Source: Thermomicrobiales bacterium
GTDB taxonomy: Bacteria > Chloroflexota > Chloroflexia > Thermomicrobiales > UBA6265
NCBI GenBank assembly: GCA_023957115.1
Contig: JAMLHN010000003.1
Coordinates: 927 to 64,926, forward strand
Length of the DNA: 64,000 nt
Reading direction: 5' to 3'
In this document: piece by piece, positions 17,050 to 27,540 of the stretch
How positions within the stretch are numbered: position 1 is the stretch's first letter
Layout of the letters: the number at the start of each line of letters is the position of its first letter
Program-made: the position numbers and the translations under genes
Notes under the pieces: model-generated
The model's database searches: none
Told to the model about the DNA's origin: nothing
Seen by the model: the letters and a program-made list of their open reading frames with translations, nothing else

Positions 17050-17949
17050 ATGCACGTCGGCGTCATCTTGTTACTCGGCGAGGACGAAGCGATCGGGTCT
17101 CCACCGCCGTATGAGGCGATCCGCACGAATGCGATTGCCGCCGAGCACATTGGGCTCGATTCCGTTTGGATCTACGACCATCTGCTCTATCACTTCGAAG
17201 GGAAAGATCCGCAAGGAGTTTGGGAGGGGTGGACCATTGCCTCGGCGCTGGCGGAGGCCACCGAGCGGGTCGCGCTGGGGACTCTGGTGCTGTGCACGGC
17301 GTTTCGCAATCCTGCGGTGACTGCCAAGATGGCTATCACGCTGGATGAGGTCAGCAACCACCGGCTTACGCTTGGGATCGGCGCGGGCTGGCATCCCGCC
17401 GAGTTCGAGGCATTTGGCCTGAACTTCTCGCACAAGGTCGATCAGTTCGAGGAAGCAACGAAGATCATCGGCCCGCTGGTGCACGAGGGCGTGGTCGACT
17501 TCACGGGCGACTATGTGTCGGCGCCGAACTGCATCATGCTGCCCAAACCGACCCGGCGCATTCCCCTGCTCATCGCCGGCAAACAGCCTCGCATGATGCG
17601 TTTGGTCGCTCAGCATGCCGATGCCTACAACACCTGCTGGTGGGGCGATGTCTCGGCAACCGAGACCGACCGTGCCAATCTGACCGCGGCCTGCGAGGCA
17701 ATCGGTCGTGATGTCAGCGAGATCGAATTCACCGTTGGCGTTGTGATGCGATTCGATGAGCTGCTTGGACCGTCCGAGGAACCGGTCGATCCACAGAAGA
17801 TGCTCGCGGGTACGGTGGAGCAAATTGCCGAAGGCCTGCGTGCCTACCGGATGGCTGGGGTCGATCACATCATCGCCAATATCGATCCGTTGAATGCGGA
17901 GGGCATCGCGGCGCTTGCCCGTGCCCGCGAGCTGGCGCTCGCCGATTGA
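17050..17949 (+). CDS. LLM-class (luciferase-like) flavin/F420-dependent oxidoreductase
   Basis: LDSVWIYDHL...LGTLVLCTAFRNPAVTAKMAITLDEVSNHRLTLGIGAGW is typical of the luciferase-like monooxygenase family. Confidence 0.8.
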   Translation: MHVGVILLLGEDEAIGSPPPYEAIRTNAIAAEHIGLDSVWIYDHLLYHFEGKDPQGVWEGWTIASALAEATERVALGTLVLCTAFRNPAVTAKMAITLDEVSNHRLTLGIGAGWHPAEFEAFGLNFSHKVDQFEEATKIIGPLVHEGVVDFTGDYVSAPNCIMLPKPTRRIPLLIAGKQPRMMRLVAQHADAYNTCWWGDVSATETDRANLTAACEAIGRDVSEIEFTVGVVMRFDELLGPSEEPVDPQKMLAGTVEQIAEGLRAYRMAGVDHIIANIDPLNAEGIAALARARELALAD

Positions 17950-17957
17950 GCGAGACG

Positions 17958-17988
17958 CCCGGGAGCCCCCGATTTGGGAGCTCCCGGG
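17958..17988. terminator. GC-rich hairpin between convergent genes (possible bidirectional terminator; no strong T-run)
   Basis: cccgggagc (17958-17966) pairs with gctcccggg (17980-17988), with three further inner C:G pairs. It lies between the LLM gene stop and the sulfatase stop. Confidence 0.4.
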
Positions 17989-18001
17989 TATCGATTGTGG
18001 A

Positions 18002-19650
18002 TCAGCCGGCCGGCGGCGCCGCATTGCGTGGAGGGAACTCCTCGAATGTGGAGAGGAACGAGTTGACCTGCGCCATCATCGGCGTCGCCAAAAAGAGATG
18101 CTGCAGCAGCCAGAGCTCGTATCCACCGGCGTCGTCAATGGCGCGTTCGAATGGATCTGTGCGCAAATCGACCAAACGTGGCGTATGGAGCTCGTCGTAG
18201 GATTCGAACCAGACATCCATACCGGTGAACTCCTGGTTCATGAATAACAGCTTCCAGCGATCGTATCGGAATCCGACGAGATCCCCAATATCGCTGAAGT
18301 AGTAGAAATCTGTGCGGGCGGATTCGGCTCCGTCGGTCAAATGTGCAAGCTGGTCGTACCCATCCAGGTGAACCCGGAACGTTCCTTCCCCGGCAGCGTG
18401 GCCCTGGAGCAGATCCTCTTTGATCCCAGGGTCCCCGGCCGCCGCAAGGAGTGTCGGAAGCCAGTCCTGCAACGAAAAGATTCCGTTCGACAGGCGCCCA
18501 CTCTCGATCTGTGCCGGCCAGCGCACGAGCATGGGAACGCGGTAGCCGCCCTCCCAAATACTGTTCTTTTCGCTGCGGAACGGTGTTGTACCGCCGTCCG
18601 GCCAGCTGAAGACCTGGGCGCCGTTGTCGGTCGTGTAGATGACGATGGTATCGTCGGCGATTCCCAGCTCATCGAGTTTGTCCAGCAACTGGCCGACGTG
18701 ACCATCGTGTTCCACCATGCCGTCCGCAAAGATTCCCAGACCGGTTGCGCCGTCGGATTCGGGCTTGAGGTGGGTGAAGATGTGCATGCGGGTCGGACAG
18801 AACCAGACGAAAAAGGGCTGCTCTGATTCATGTGCCCGGTCGATGAAGTCATGAAGTCGAGCGTGCCTTCCAGGAGCTCCTCGTCGATCGTTTCCATCCG
18901 CTTGGAGGTCAGTGGGCCGGTATCTTCGATGATCTGCTTGCCGATCGGTCCAAAACGAGCGTCTTCGGTCGGATCGTCGATCTCGGATGCCCAGGAGTGG
19001 AGCACGCCACGCGGACCAAAGTTGGCAGCGAAGAGCGGATTGTCCGGGTAGTCCGGGTGCTCGGGTTCTTCTTCGGCGTTCAGATGATAGAGATTCCCAA
19101 AGAATTCATCGAACCCATGGACCGTCGGCAGAAACTTGTTCAGATCACCCAGGTGATTTTTCCCGAACTGGCCGGTCGCGTAGCCGAGCGGCTTGAGCAG
19201 CTGGGCGATCGTTGGATCTTCGGCATCGAGTCCCTGGTCCTGGCCTGGCAACCCAATGCGCAACAGCCCGGTACGGTACGGATGCTGACCGGTAATGAAG
19301 GCTGCGCGGCCCGCCGTGCAGGATTGTTCACCGTAGGCGTCGGTGAAGCGAATGCCTTCCTGGCTGATACGGTCGATGTTGGGTGTCTGATATCCCATCA
19401 TGCCCGCGTTGTAGGCGGAAATATTCCAGTACCCGATGTCATCCCCCATGATGACCAAAATGTTCGGGCGGTTGCCGCTCGAACCAGGCTGCGGCGTTGC
19501 GTCGCCGGATTGCGCCGCCGTGCCGGCACCCAGTAGTGAGGTGGCCGTACCTGCGGCGGCTGCTCCCAGGATTGCCCGGCGAGTTACGGACAGAGAACCA
19601 ACATTGACCCCGGCCTCCGTTTCCTTAGTCGTCGAGCATTTTGGATCCAC
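18002..19650 (-). pseudogene. Arylsulfatase (formylglycine-type sulfatase family), TAT signal, disrupted by an 8-bp tandem duplication
   Basis: N-terminal frame from GTG 19650: TRRAILGAAAAG..., NILVIMGDDIGY, SCTAGRAAFITG (C-x-A-x-R motif). C-terminal frame 18002..18787: PFFVWFCPTRMHIFTH..., TTDNGA. The two frames join only if one copy of atgaagtc|atgaagtc (18843-18858) is removed. Confidence 0.8.
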
Positions 19651-20394
19651 GATGAAGCTCCTGTTCTCATCTTGAGCGCACCCAGTGTGTGCTCGCGTCG
19701 TCCCACCATCACCCGCGTGTAAGCGAACCCGCCCCAGGGAATACCGACCCTGCGGCTGTGGTTTGCACCTGCGCGTCAAGGCATCCTATCCGATCTCGAG
19801 AGATTTGTTCGGTGCATCTAAAAATCATTCACGCGCGGTGTCCCATCGACCCAGAACCAGCGTCCGGCGCGTCGCGTCGCAGACCGAGGCACAGAACGAG
19901 CCTGCCGTACTGGCCTTCGAGAAGGAACCGCCTCGTCGGTGAGTGTCGCGTCGTAACGCCGTTCCGGGTTCCGTTGTTCGGTCTCACTCGTTTGCCATGC
20001 TGCCGGAACGACGACCGTACGGGAGGCAGTGTGAATCGGGCAAATCTGCTTTCGGCCCGGTTTGGAGTCTGACGGCGTGACCTCACGGAGCTGGAGGCGT
20101 GGCGTCGTACGTGCGTGGGGTCCGCGTGGGGTGCTCAGCTTTGGCGGCGTATACCCATCCCTACGGAGTCCGGGCCTACATACCCCTACGTCGCCGAATA
20201 CGTGATTTTACCGATAGTCACGACGGACCGGTACGAAGAGAATGTCTGTATGGATCTGATGGTCCGGTTGCCCTGAGGAGGGCAATAGTGGCGCCGGGAC
20301 ATCGGGGATAAGCACAAACCGGGCGGCTGGATAGATTGTGAGCAGCCGCCCAAACGTAATGGTTCGTCGTGATCGTTGGTGAGGATAGGTTCCC

Positions 20395-22419
20395 ATGGCA
20401 ATAATGGTTCAGGATCTCCTGCGCGCGCGCAGTGGGGCTCCCCGGCGTCCCGTGCCTCGTATCGAGCGGCTCCACGTGGCGACGGCGATGGCGGTCTTCT
20501 TCTCGATCGTGCTGATCGACGCCATGCTGCGCCCATTGGCCGGTTTCGATCTTCCGCTCATGACCCGTATCCAGACAGCAAATGCTCCCGGGCTCGAATC
20601 GTATTTCGAGACGATTGGCTATCTGACCGGCTCGGTGGGGGCGATCACGCTCTGGGCGCTGGCAACCGTGGCACTGGCGACCCGGCGAATCTGGTCGGCG
20701 GCGCTGGCAATGGCGCTCATGCCCATTGGCGGGGTGTTCAATACCCTCATCGGCGAAGTGCTGGTCGTGCGCACCCGCCCGCACTTGGACGAGCTGCAGC
20801 GCACCAGTCTCAACTTCGAAGAGCGGTCGTTTCCAAGCGGTCATGTCGAAGGAGCGATGCTCTTCTATGGCCTGATCTTCCTGCTGGCCCGCCGGATCGA
20901 ATATCGCGGGCTGCGGCTTGCGGTGCAGGCCGGTGCGGTGATCCTCGTGGCATCCACGTCGGTCAGCCGGATCTGGCAGGGAGCGCATTGGCCGAGTGAC
21001 GTCCTCGGGGCGTTGTTGCTTGGTGGCGTGCTGGCGATCGCGCTGGACGAGATCGCCCGCCGGAGCCGTTCGCTCGATGGGCTGCCGTTCATCAGGGCGC
21101 AATGGCTCGAGCACGACGAGGCCGCGCCGCATGCGCACGCGTTGACGAGCCTGGTGATCTTCCAGGGCGAGACGGTGGCCAAGGTCTATGCACCCGGGCT
21201 TCTTCCCCGCGCGCTCTACTGGCTCGCGTTTCAGGCCCCGTTTCCCTATGTTGCCAACACGCACGCGCTTTGGGCCGCGGCCCACCGCCGCAATCTGGCC
21301 GGTATGTTGACTGAATACTGGTACGGGCAGCGTCTGACCGCTGGCGCGCTCGGTGTGGACCGGATCGACGGGCGCCTGGCGCTGGTCAGCGAATTCGTGG
21401 AGGGAGAAGCCGCTTCCGACCGTGCGGCAGCCAAGCGTTTTTTGACCGATCTGCGCGCCAGGTTCGAGGAAGCGGGACTGCCGACCTGGCAGATCGACCC
21501 TCGCCAGCCGCGTGCGGTCGATAACGTGCTGCAGATTGCGGATGGCTCTTTCCGCATCGTCGATCTGGAGTCGGGACTGGTGTCGCCGCTGGCGTCGCGC
21601 TCGACCTGGGGCCACGCTATTCGCCGGCAGATGGTGCCGTTCTGCGATGACCTGTTCTTCGATGTCCTCCGGGACTATCTGGCGCGGGAAGAAGCGGCCA
21701 TGACGGTCGCCAGGGGCGAAACCTGGGTGGCCGAGCTGCACGCGCTGATCGACGACGCGGAAATGCAGGTCGCCAAATGGCACGCTTCCGAGCCCCGTCT
21801 CTGGCATCGTCTTTTCGCCTTCGTGGCGGGAGGGTTTGGGATTCGGTCCGGCGTCCGCACGGGGCGGGCGCTCTGGACCGGCGGTAATGACAAGGCGATG
21901 AGCTGGGTCGATGCCGGCGTGACGCGCTGGGAAACCGAAGGGCGGCTCTCGGAGACCGAGACGGTGCTGTTGCGCGAGCAGATCGCGCAGCCCGATTTCC
22001 AGCAGATGATGCCGTATCTGGGCGGTCACATCCTGCTGAGCATTCCCCTCCGTTTCCCCTTCGGCTGCATCATCCGCCCGATGCTGGTGGCCGGCGCGCT
22101 GGGGTGGTCGACCACGATGCTTCTGCGCCGGAAGATCGACCGATCCGCATGGAAACGCGCGGCGGGCATTCATTCGCCGTTGGTTATGATCGTTGCCGCG
22201 ATTCCAGGGGCGGGATCGGTGGCCTATCTGGCCTCGGAGCCGATTCGCCGGAACCGGTTGATGTTGCGCGTGATGACCGATGCGATGCTCTTCAAGTTGC
22301 CCAAGGGGATGTATCTCAAGTCCGGCGCGCGTAAATGGATTGCGCGACCGGCCCGGACCGAGCCGTTGACGCTCGTCCCGGTCCAGCAGACAACCGACCC
22401 GAAGCCGCTCGCTGCATAA
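20395..22419 (+). CDS. Multidomain membrane protein: N-terminal PAP2 phosphatase, central kinase-like domain, C-terminal TM region
   Basis: PAP2 motifs: [23 protein letters not shown]. The central segment has VAKVY, SEFVEGE and [18 protein letters not shown], resembling Kdo/RIO/APH-type kinase folds (inference). C-terminal hydrophobic segments. Confidence 0.7.
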   Translation: MAIMVQDLLRARSGAPRRPVPRIERLHVATAMAVFFSIVLIDAMLRPLAGFDLPLMTRIQTANAPGLESYFETIGYLTGSVGAITLWALATVALATRRIWSAALAMALMPIGGVFNTLIGEVLVVRTRPHLDELQRTSLNFEERSFPSGHVEGAMLFYGLIFLLARRIEYRGLRLAVQAGAVILVASTSVSRIWQGAHWPSDVLGALLLGGVLAIALDEIARRSRSLDGLPFIRAQWLEHDEAAPHAHALTSLVIFQGETVAKVYAPGLLPRALYWLAFQAPFPYVANTHALWAAAHRRNLAGMLTEYWYGQRLTAGALGVDRIDGRLALVSEFVEGEAASDRAAAKRFLTDLRARFEEAGLPTWQIDPRQPRAVDNVLQIADGSFRIVDLESGLVSPLASRSTWGHAIRRQMVPFCDDLFFDVLRDYLAREEAAMTVARGETWVAELHALIDDAEMQVAKWHASEPRLWHRLFAFVAGGFGIRSGVRTGRALWTGGNDKAMSWVDAGVTRWETEGRLSETETVLLREQIAQPDFQQMMPYLGGHILLSIPLRFPFGCIIRPMLVAGALGWSTTMLLRRKIDRSAWKRAAGIHSPLVMIVAAIPGAGSVAYLASEPIRRNRLMLRVMTDAMLFKLPKGMYLKSGARKWIARPARTEPLTLVPVQQTTDPKPLAA

Positions 22420-22538
22420 GTCTTCTGCCGACTGGCGCCGGCTTCGACTTCCTCCTCACTCGGCATCGAGACCCGATGGAATGGGACCTCTCATCCTACT
22501 CCCCATTGGGTCTCGATGCCTTGGGCTACGATCAGTTT

Positions 22539-22638
22539 GGGAGCTGGGAGCTGGGAGCTGGGAGCTGGGAGCTGGGAGCTGGGAGCTGGGAGCTGGGAGC
22601 TGGGAGCTGGGAGCTGGGCTTTCCCAACTCCCAACTCC
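22539..22638. repeat. Perfect (GGGAGCT)x11 array followed by an inverted (CCCAACT)x2 arm
   Basis: 22539-22615 is an uninterrupted period-7 array. cccaactcccaactcc (22623-22638) is the near-complement of the array. It lies between convergent genes and abuts the TAG stop of the SDR gene at 22640. Confidence 0.95.
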
Positions 22639-22639
22639 T

Positions 22640-23377
22640 CTAATACGTGGCGCGGCCGCCGGAGAGGTCGAACACGGCGCCGGTGCTGAACGAGAGATCG
22701 TCCGAGGACAGGAACGCCGCCAGCGCGGCGACTTCCTCTGGCTGTCCGACCCGGCCCATGGGGATCCTGCTGGTCATGTAGCTGATGTGCTCTTCGCTGA
22801 CCTGCGCCAGGATCTCGGTCGCAATCACGGCCGGCGTGATGGCATTGACCAGCACGCCCTTGGTGGCAACTTCCTTGGCGATGGCCTTGGTCAGACCGAT
22901 GACGCCCGATTTTGCCGCCGAGTAGGGCACCGCATTCGGGTTTCCTTCCTTCCCGGCGATCGAGGCGATATTGACGATGCGTCCATAGCCCTGATCGATC
23001 ATGCCGGTGATGAATGTCTGGCATCCGAGGAAAACGCCGGTCAGGTCGATATCGATGACCTGCTTCCACTCCTCGAAGGAGAGCTCCCAGGTTGGGGCGG
23101 AGCGCCCGGCAATACCCGCGTTGTTGACCAGAATGTCGAGGCCGCCGAAGGCCGCGTCGACTTCTTTCTTCGCCGCCTGCCACGATTCGGGCGAGGTGAC
23201 GTCAAGCTGCACGGCAATAGCGCCGCTGCCGATCCGTGCGGCGGTTTCCTTGCCTTTGTCGATGTCGAGATCGGCAATGACCACCTTCGCGCCGTTGCTT
23301 CCCAGCCGGGTGGCAATAGCCGCGCCGATACCACGAGCGCCACCGGTGACGAGGGCGCGCTTTCCTTCGAATTGCAT
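22640..23377 (-). CDS. SDR-family oxidoreductase (FabG-like)
   Basis: Start at ATG 23377 ([22 protein letters not shown]). TGxxxGxG, NNAG and YxxxK (YSAAK) motifs are present. Confidence 0.85.
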   Translation of the reverse strand: MQFEGKRALVTGGARGIGAAIATRLGSNGAKVVIADLDIDKGKETAARIGSGAIAVQLDVTSPESWQAAKKEVDAAFGGLDILVNNAGIAGRSAPTWELSFEEWKQVIDIDLTGVFLGCQTFITGMIDQGYGRIVNIASIAGKEGNPNAVPYSAAKSGVIGLTKAIAKEVATKGVLVNAITPAVIATEILAQVSEEHISYMTSRIPMGRVGQPEEVAALAAFLSSDDLSFSTGAVFDLSGGRATY

Positions 23378-23459
23378 CGTTTCCTTACTCCATTCGAGCT
23401 CGGGATGACCCCGCAAAATCGTCTGCCGCGATCATGCCACAGCCGGCGAACCTGGACAC

Positions 23460-24254
23460 CTACTTCGAAAAGACTGCGATCTCGCCGACATCGAGAATGC
23501 GTACCTCGGAGGTGCCTCCAAGCTTGGCGAAGGTGGCCGCGAACTCGAGCGGATCGAGAGTTGCGCCGGGTCCGAATCCTTCCGGCGTCCACATGTTGTA
23601 GTGCATGGGTATGACGATTTTCGGCTTGACATACCAGGTCAGCAGTGCGGCCTCATGGGTGGTCAGATTGCCGCCGACCCCGTTGATGGGAACGATCATG
23701 ACGTCGATGTTTTCGTCAGCCATGGGGCGGAGTCGGGCGTCGTATTCGGTGTCGGCGACATCCCAGATCTTGAGTCCGTCGATCTCCAGCAGGTAGCCCA
23801 CCGCTTCGGGAGCAGGGGCCTGCGGAGTCTCGTGCCGTGCGAAGGTGGCCAGCACATCGATCTCCCCGATCGTGCGCCGCTCACCCGAGTCGATTTGGAC
23901 AACCTGCTCCGTGGGCCAGCCCCAGACCGGGGCACGTTGCGCGCAGGTGATCGGTCCGGCAAAGATGCCGGTCGCGCCGGCGGCGCTCCACTGCTTTACG
24001 AGGGGGACATCAAGATGGTCCTCATGCCAATGTGAGATCAAGAGGAGGTCGGGCTGCAGCTCGGCGGGATCGATTGCTGGAGGGAGGATGCGCACCAGCC
24101 CCCATTGCGTCTCCCCCCAATCGGTCAGATACGGATCGATCATCACGATCGTTCCGGCCGACGTTTTGAGTGCGTACCCCGCCTGTCCCAGCCAGACGAT
24201 GGCGACCGATCCTTTGTCGACGTTCAGGTCCTTGATTTGTTGTTCCAATGACAT
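23460..24254 (-). CDS. MBL-fold metallo-hydrolase (UlaG-like)
   Basis: Start at ATG 24254, with AAGGAG upstream. [12 protein letters not shown] zinc-binding motif. Confidence 0.75.
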   Translation of the reverse strand: MSLEQQIKDLNVDKGSVAIVWLGQAGYALKTSAGTIVMIDPYLTDWGETQWGLVRILPPAIDPAELQPDLLLISHWHEDHLDVPLVKQWSAAGATGIFAGPITCAQRAPVWGWPTEQVVQIDSGERRTIGEIDVLATFARHETPQAPAPEAVGYLLEIDGLKIWDVADTEYDARLRPMADENIDVMIVPINGVGGNLTTHEAALLTWYVKPKIVIPMHYNMWTPEGFGPGATLDPLEFAATFAKLGGTSEVRILDVGEIAVFSK

Positions 24255-24452
24255 CGATGTCTCCTTGTGTAAGAGCCCGGAAGGGGGCCCACCGTAGGCG
24301 CCCTCGTGACGACGTCGGCATGACGAGGATGGCAGCTCGTTGCCTACTGACATTGCGATTGGCAACGCACCGTTCCCAGATGGGAATACGTGTTGGGTAG
24401 CAGGGCGCCCACGGGGAGGCGCCCTACCGAAAAGCCGCGTTCCGGCTTCCTC

Positions 24453-25022
24453 TTAGCTGACGCCTTTCAGGCCGATCAGCGCCCGGGCGTGGTCCAGCTC
24501 GCCAAGATGGCGAATGCCGTGCTGGAAGATGATCGAATGGAGCAGCACCGACAACGGTACCCCCTCGCCCTCGTTCACGACCCGGCCCACGAAGCTCGCC
24601 TGATAGCTCTCCGGCAGGGTGGGATATTTCTCCGCTTCGTATGCTTCGTCGGAGAGCGATGCCAGCACCGATTCGGTGTGCGCAAAAACGGTTCGCTGAT
24701 AGTCGTTCCACGTCGCGGCGTTGCCGATCGTGGCGGTTTCGGCCTCTTCGATCCCGGTGCCGCGTCGGACATCGAGCGGATTTCCGCCGATACGCTGCTG
24801 CCAGTCGCCGGCTTCCCAGAGGGTCGGTTCGTCCAGCACCGCCTGGCAGATGAGCCGATCCTCGCCTCGGACATAGTGGAGCAGGGTGAAGGCGATCGGG
24901 AGCACGCCATCGCGCTCTCGATAGTTCATCTGCTCGGCCGTCAGATCGCCGGTGGACAGTGACCAGAGCCGGTGAAGCTCCCTGACCTGTCGCAGAAATC
25001 GCTCACGACTGGAAATGCTCAT
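24453..25022 (-). CDS. DinB-family (DinB_2/DUF664-like) protein
   Basis: 189 aa predicted helical protein with conserved His positions (LLHYV..., HSIIFQHGIRHLGE) as in the DinB superfamily. Confidence 0.6.
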   Translation of the reverse strand: MSISSRERFLRQVRELHRLWSLSTGDLTAEQMNYRERDGVLPIAFTLLHYVRGEDRLICQAVLDEPTLWEAGDWQQRIGGNPLDVRRGTGIEEAETATIGNAATWNDYQRTVFAHTESVLASLSDEAYEAEKYPTLPESYQASFVGRVVNEGEGVPLSVLLHSIIFQHGIRHLGELDHARALIGLKGVS

Positions 25023-25025
25023 CGG

Positions 25026-26171
25026 TTACTCCACGCGATATTTGTCGAAGACGTCCTTGTTGAGCTCGATGCCCAGTCCCGGTGTCTTTGGAATCACGAT
25101 ACACCCGTCCTCATCCAGCTGGACGCCCGGGGTAACCAGATCGGTGTTGAGAATCGAGCCCTCGCCTGGCGCCGGGGTCTCCTGAAAGATGCTGTTCGGG
25201 ATCGATGCATTGACGTGAATCGAAGCGGCGCCCAGGATGCCGGTGCTGAAATGGTGTGGCACGCACGGCTTGCGGTGGGCGTAGCAGTAGGCGGCGATGC
25301 GCATCGTTTCGGTAATGCCGCCGACCCGGGCCACGTCCGGCTGAATGACATCCAGATTGGCGCGGCTCACCAGATCGCGGAAGTCGCCAATGGTCTGCAT
25401 CTGCTCGCCTGCGGCAATGCGAACCGGAGAGCGGTCGCACAATTCACGGTAGCCATCCCAGTCGTCCGGGTGCAGCGGCTCTTCCAGCCAGTAGATATCG
25501 TAATCGGCAAAGATGTTGGCCCGACGAAGCGCCGTGGTGTGGTCCCATTCCGGACCACCGGAATCGTAGGCCCAGCCGACATCGAACATGATCGGCGCAT
25601 CGGGGCCAACCGCATTACGCACGCCTTCGACATGGGCACGGTCCGACTTCTCGTGGAAGCCGAAGTCCATCCAGCCGAATTTGAAGGCGGTGTAGCCGGC
25701 TTCCTTATATCGGTGGGCCTTTTCGGCCGTTTCTACGCCGTCTTTCCCGAACAGAGCAGACGCGTAGGCACGAACCTTGGCATCGGTCGAACCGCCGAGC
25801 AGGTCGCAGACCGGCTGACCGTACGCCTTCCCCTTGATATCCCAGAGCGCGATATCGACACCGCTGATTGCGTGCAAGACCGCGCCACGGCGACCCATGT
25901 AGATGGTGGCCTGGTACATCTTGCGCCAGAGTCGTTCGATGTCCAGCGGGTTTTCGCCGACCAGGACCTCCTTGAGGCCGACCATGACTGAATGCGAGCG
26001 GGGCGCGTCGACAACCGCTTTGGCGACATGGGGCGATGTTTCAGCCTCACCGATGCCGGTGATGCCTTCATCGGTATGGACGAGCACGACCGCTACGTCC
26101 TGGGTGCCGTTGGAGATTTCCGAGATGCTCGGAATCTTCAAATAGGCGACTTCGACATCAGTGATCTTCAC
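25026..26171 (-). CDS. Enolase-superfamily enzyme (mandelate racemase/muconate lactonizing family; sugar-acid dehydratase-like)
   Basis: I trimmed the ORF to GTG 26171 (VKITDVEVAYLKIP...), with AAGGAA upstream. ITGIGEAE, FKFGW, YWLEEP and RIAAGE blocks are typical of the family. Confidence 0.85.
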   Translation of the reverse strand: MKITDVEVAYLKIPSISEISNGTQDVAVVLVHTDEGITGIGEAETSPHVAKAVVDAPRSHSVMVGLKEVLVGENPLDIERLWRKMYQATIYMGRRGAVLHAISGVDIALWDIKGKAYGQPVCDLLGGSTDAKVRAYASALFGKDGVETAEKAHRYKEAGYTAFKFGWMDFGFHEKSDRAHVEGVRNAVGPDAPIMFDVGWAYDSGGPEWDHTTALRRANIFADYDIYWLEEPLHPDDWDGYRELCDRSPVRIAAGEQMQTIGDFRDLVSRANLDVIQPDVARVGGITETMRIAAYCYAHRKPCVPHHFSTGILGAASIHVNASIPNSIFQETPAPGEGSILNTDLVTPGVQLDEDGCIVIPKTPGLGIELNKDVFDKYRVE

Positions 26172-26703
26172 CCGGTCTGTTCCTTTCTTTTCGTTCTCGC
26201 AAGCCCAAAGCTTGCCGCATTCTACCCAAGCGGACGGCGCTGCGGAACGAAAACGGGCCGTACGAGGATGCACGGCCCGGAACGGAGCGCGACGGACCGG
26301 CTGGCGACCCGTCGGAGGCTGGTTCACTGCTTTCTGCTTCGAGGGTAGAACCGGGCCGGCAGTGAGGCAGTGCCGAACGCGACAGCCGTGGTGTGTGTTG
26401 CGACACACACCAGCGGGGGACATCGCAAGCGATGTCAGTGATTCCGTATACAGGTCGGGTGAGCTGCTCTATGCTCTGGGCTAGCGCGAATTGCCGAAGC
26501 GTCTGGACCCGATTCCCCGCCGTTGAAACGCTGGGCTCATACCCCTGTAGTGCGTACGTACGCGGCCGGACAGCTTTGGTTCTCCCTGAACGTCCAGAGC
26601 AGGTTGTCTGAACTCATCTGCAAGGCGCGCTAAACGTGCATCATAGGACCGCAGCGGTTGTGTCTACAGCCGATTGAAGAATGGTTGGCGCTTCCGAACC
26701 CCC

Positions 26704-26745
26704 GGTTGTCATCCTGACGAAGGAAGGATCTCGCCACCGCAGTGT
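26704..26745 (+). repeat. Dispersed motif of about 40 nt (ggttgtcatcctgacgaaggaaggatctcgccaccgcag), copy 1
   Basis: Matches the reverse complement of 50761-50803 at about 35/39 positions. More divergent copies are at 58938-58980 (+) and 63127-63165 (-). Confidence 0.8.
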
Positions 26746-26782
26746 GCGCTCCGACGTCGTGTCAACTGTTCTGCAATCCGCT

Positions 26783-27250
26783 TCAAACTATCCGACGCTC
26801 CAGGTCGCATCGGTCCAACCCCGGTCCATATTTGTCTTTTGCGGTCGTCGTGCGTTCAAATCCCATATGCTGGAAGAACCCGCTCACCTGTGCAGTCGTT
26901 GCAACCCGTACGCTCTTTATCCCGGGCTGAGCGTCGAGCCATTGCAACCGAGCGTCGATCAGCCGGCGACCAATACCTTGCCGTTGCCTGCCGGCAAGGA
27001 CCATTCCCCATCGCAGCCATGCCGTCGTTCCCCCGTCCGCAATACTCAGACCACCACAGCCGACGATCGTGCCTGCCGGACGGTCGCGCACCACCCAGAA
27101 CGGCCCTGGCAGAGAACTGAGGAAATGGGCAAAGCCTTCACGTTCCGAGGGAGCAAAAAACTCGGGCACATTACTATCGAAGATGGCCACACATCCCAGG
27201 TAGTCGTCCTGTGTATAAGGATGGATGTCGATATCAGGTGGGGGAACCAT
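26783..27250 (-). CDS. GNAT-family N-acetyltransferase
   Basis: Start at ATG 27250. The RQRQGIGRRLI acetyl-CoA binding motif (Q/RxxGxG/A) is present. Confidence 0.75.
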   Translation of the reverse strand: MVPPPDIDIHPYTQDDYLGCVAIFDSNVPEFFAPSEREGFAHFLSSLPGPFWVVRDRPAGTIVGCGGLSIADGGTTAWLRWGMVLAGRQRQGIGRRLIDARLQWLDAQPGIKSVRVATTAQVSGFFQHMGFERTTTAKDKYGPGLDRCDLERRIV

Positions 27251-27540
27251 TGAGCTTCCGTCGCGCCGTGCTCTGCGAGTTCTTCGGACGTATCTTGCCA
27301 GCTCGCTGACCAAGGCAGATCAACGCTTGACCTATGGAGGCCAATGCCGGAGCTCGTCCGGATCAGCCGCGTCTGAGCGGGAGCGGAGGTCTTTGTTGTG
27401 GCCCTTCGGTACGGATCGCGGCAACTATCAGATCGTTCTGATGTCGACGTCGAGGTCGCCTTGGATGGCCTTCAAATAAGGGTAGAGCCGGCGCTCCGAG
27501 CCCGCAAGTTCATCATAGGCGATCCACCGCCACCACTTGC

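Noticed and set aside
22539-22615. Tandem arrays considered as CRISPR arrays
   Set aside because: The units are 7 nt with no spacers, no cas genes are present in the window, and the arrays are homopolymeric repeats rather than repeat-spacer structures.
25026-26423. N-terminal extensions of track ORFs (25026-26423, 44029-45864, 48052-49734, 50945-52351, 51982-53115, 53868-55376, 4845-6317, 715-1359 and others)
   Set aside because: The extensions overlap upstream genes or consist of Arg/Pro-rich non-coding-like sequence. Internal ATG/GTG starts with Shine-Dalgarno sites match the family-typical N-termini, so I trimmed the coordinates.
27437-27540. Short minus-strand frame GKWWRWIAYDELAGSERRLYPYLKAIQGDLDVDIRTI just downstream of the response regulator gene
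   Set aside because: It looks protein-like but is only about 35 codons long, has no start codon or RBS, and is not recognisably related to any family. It is too short to support.
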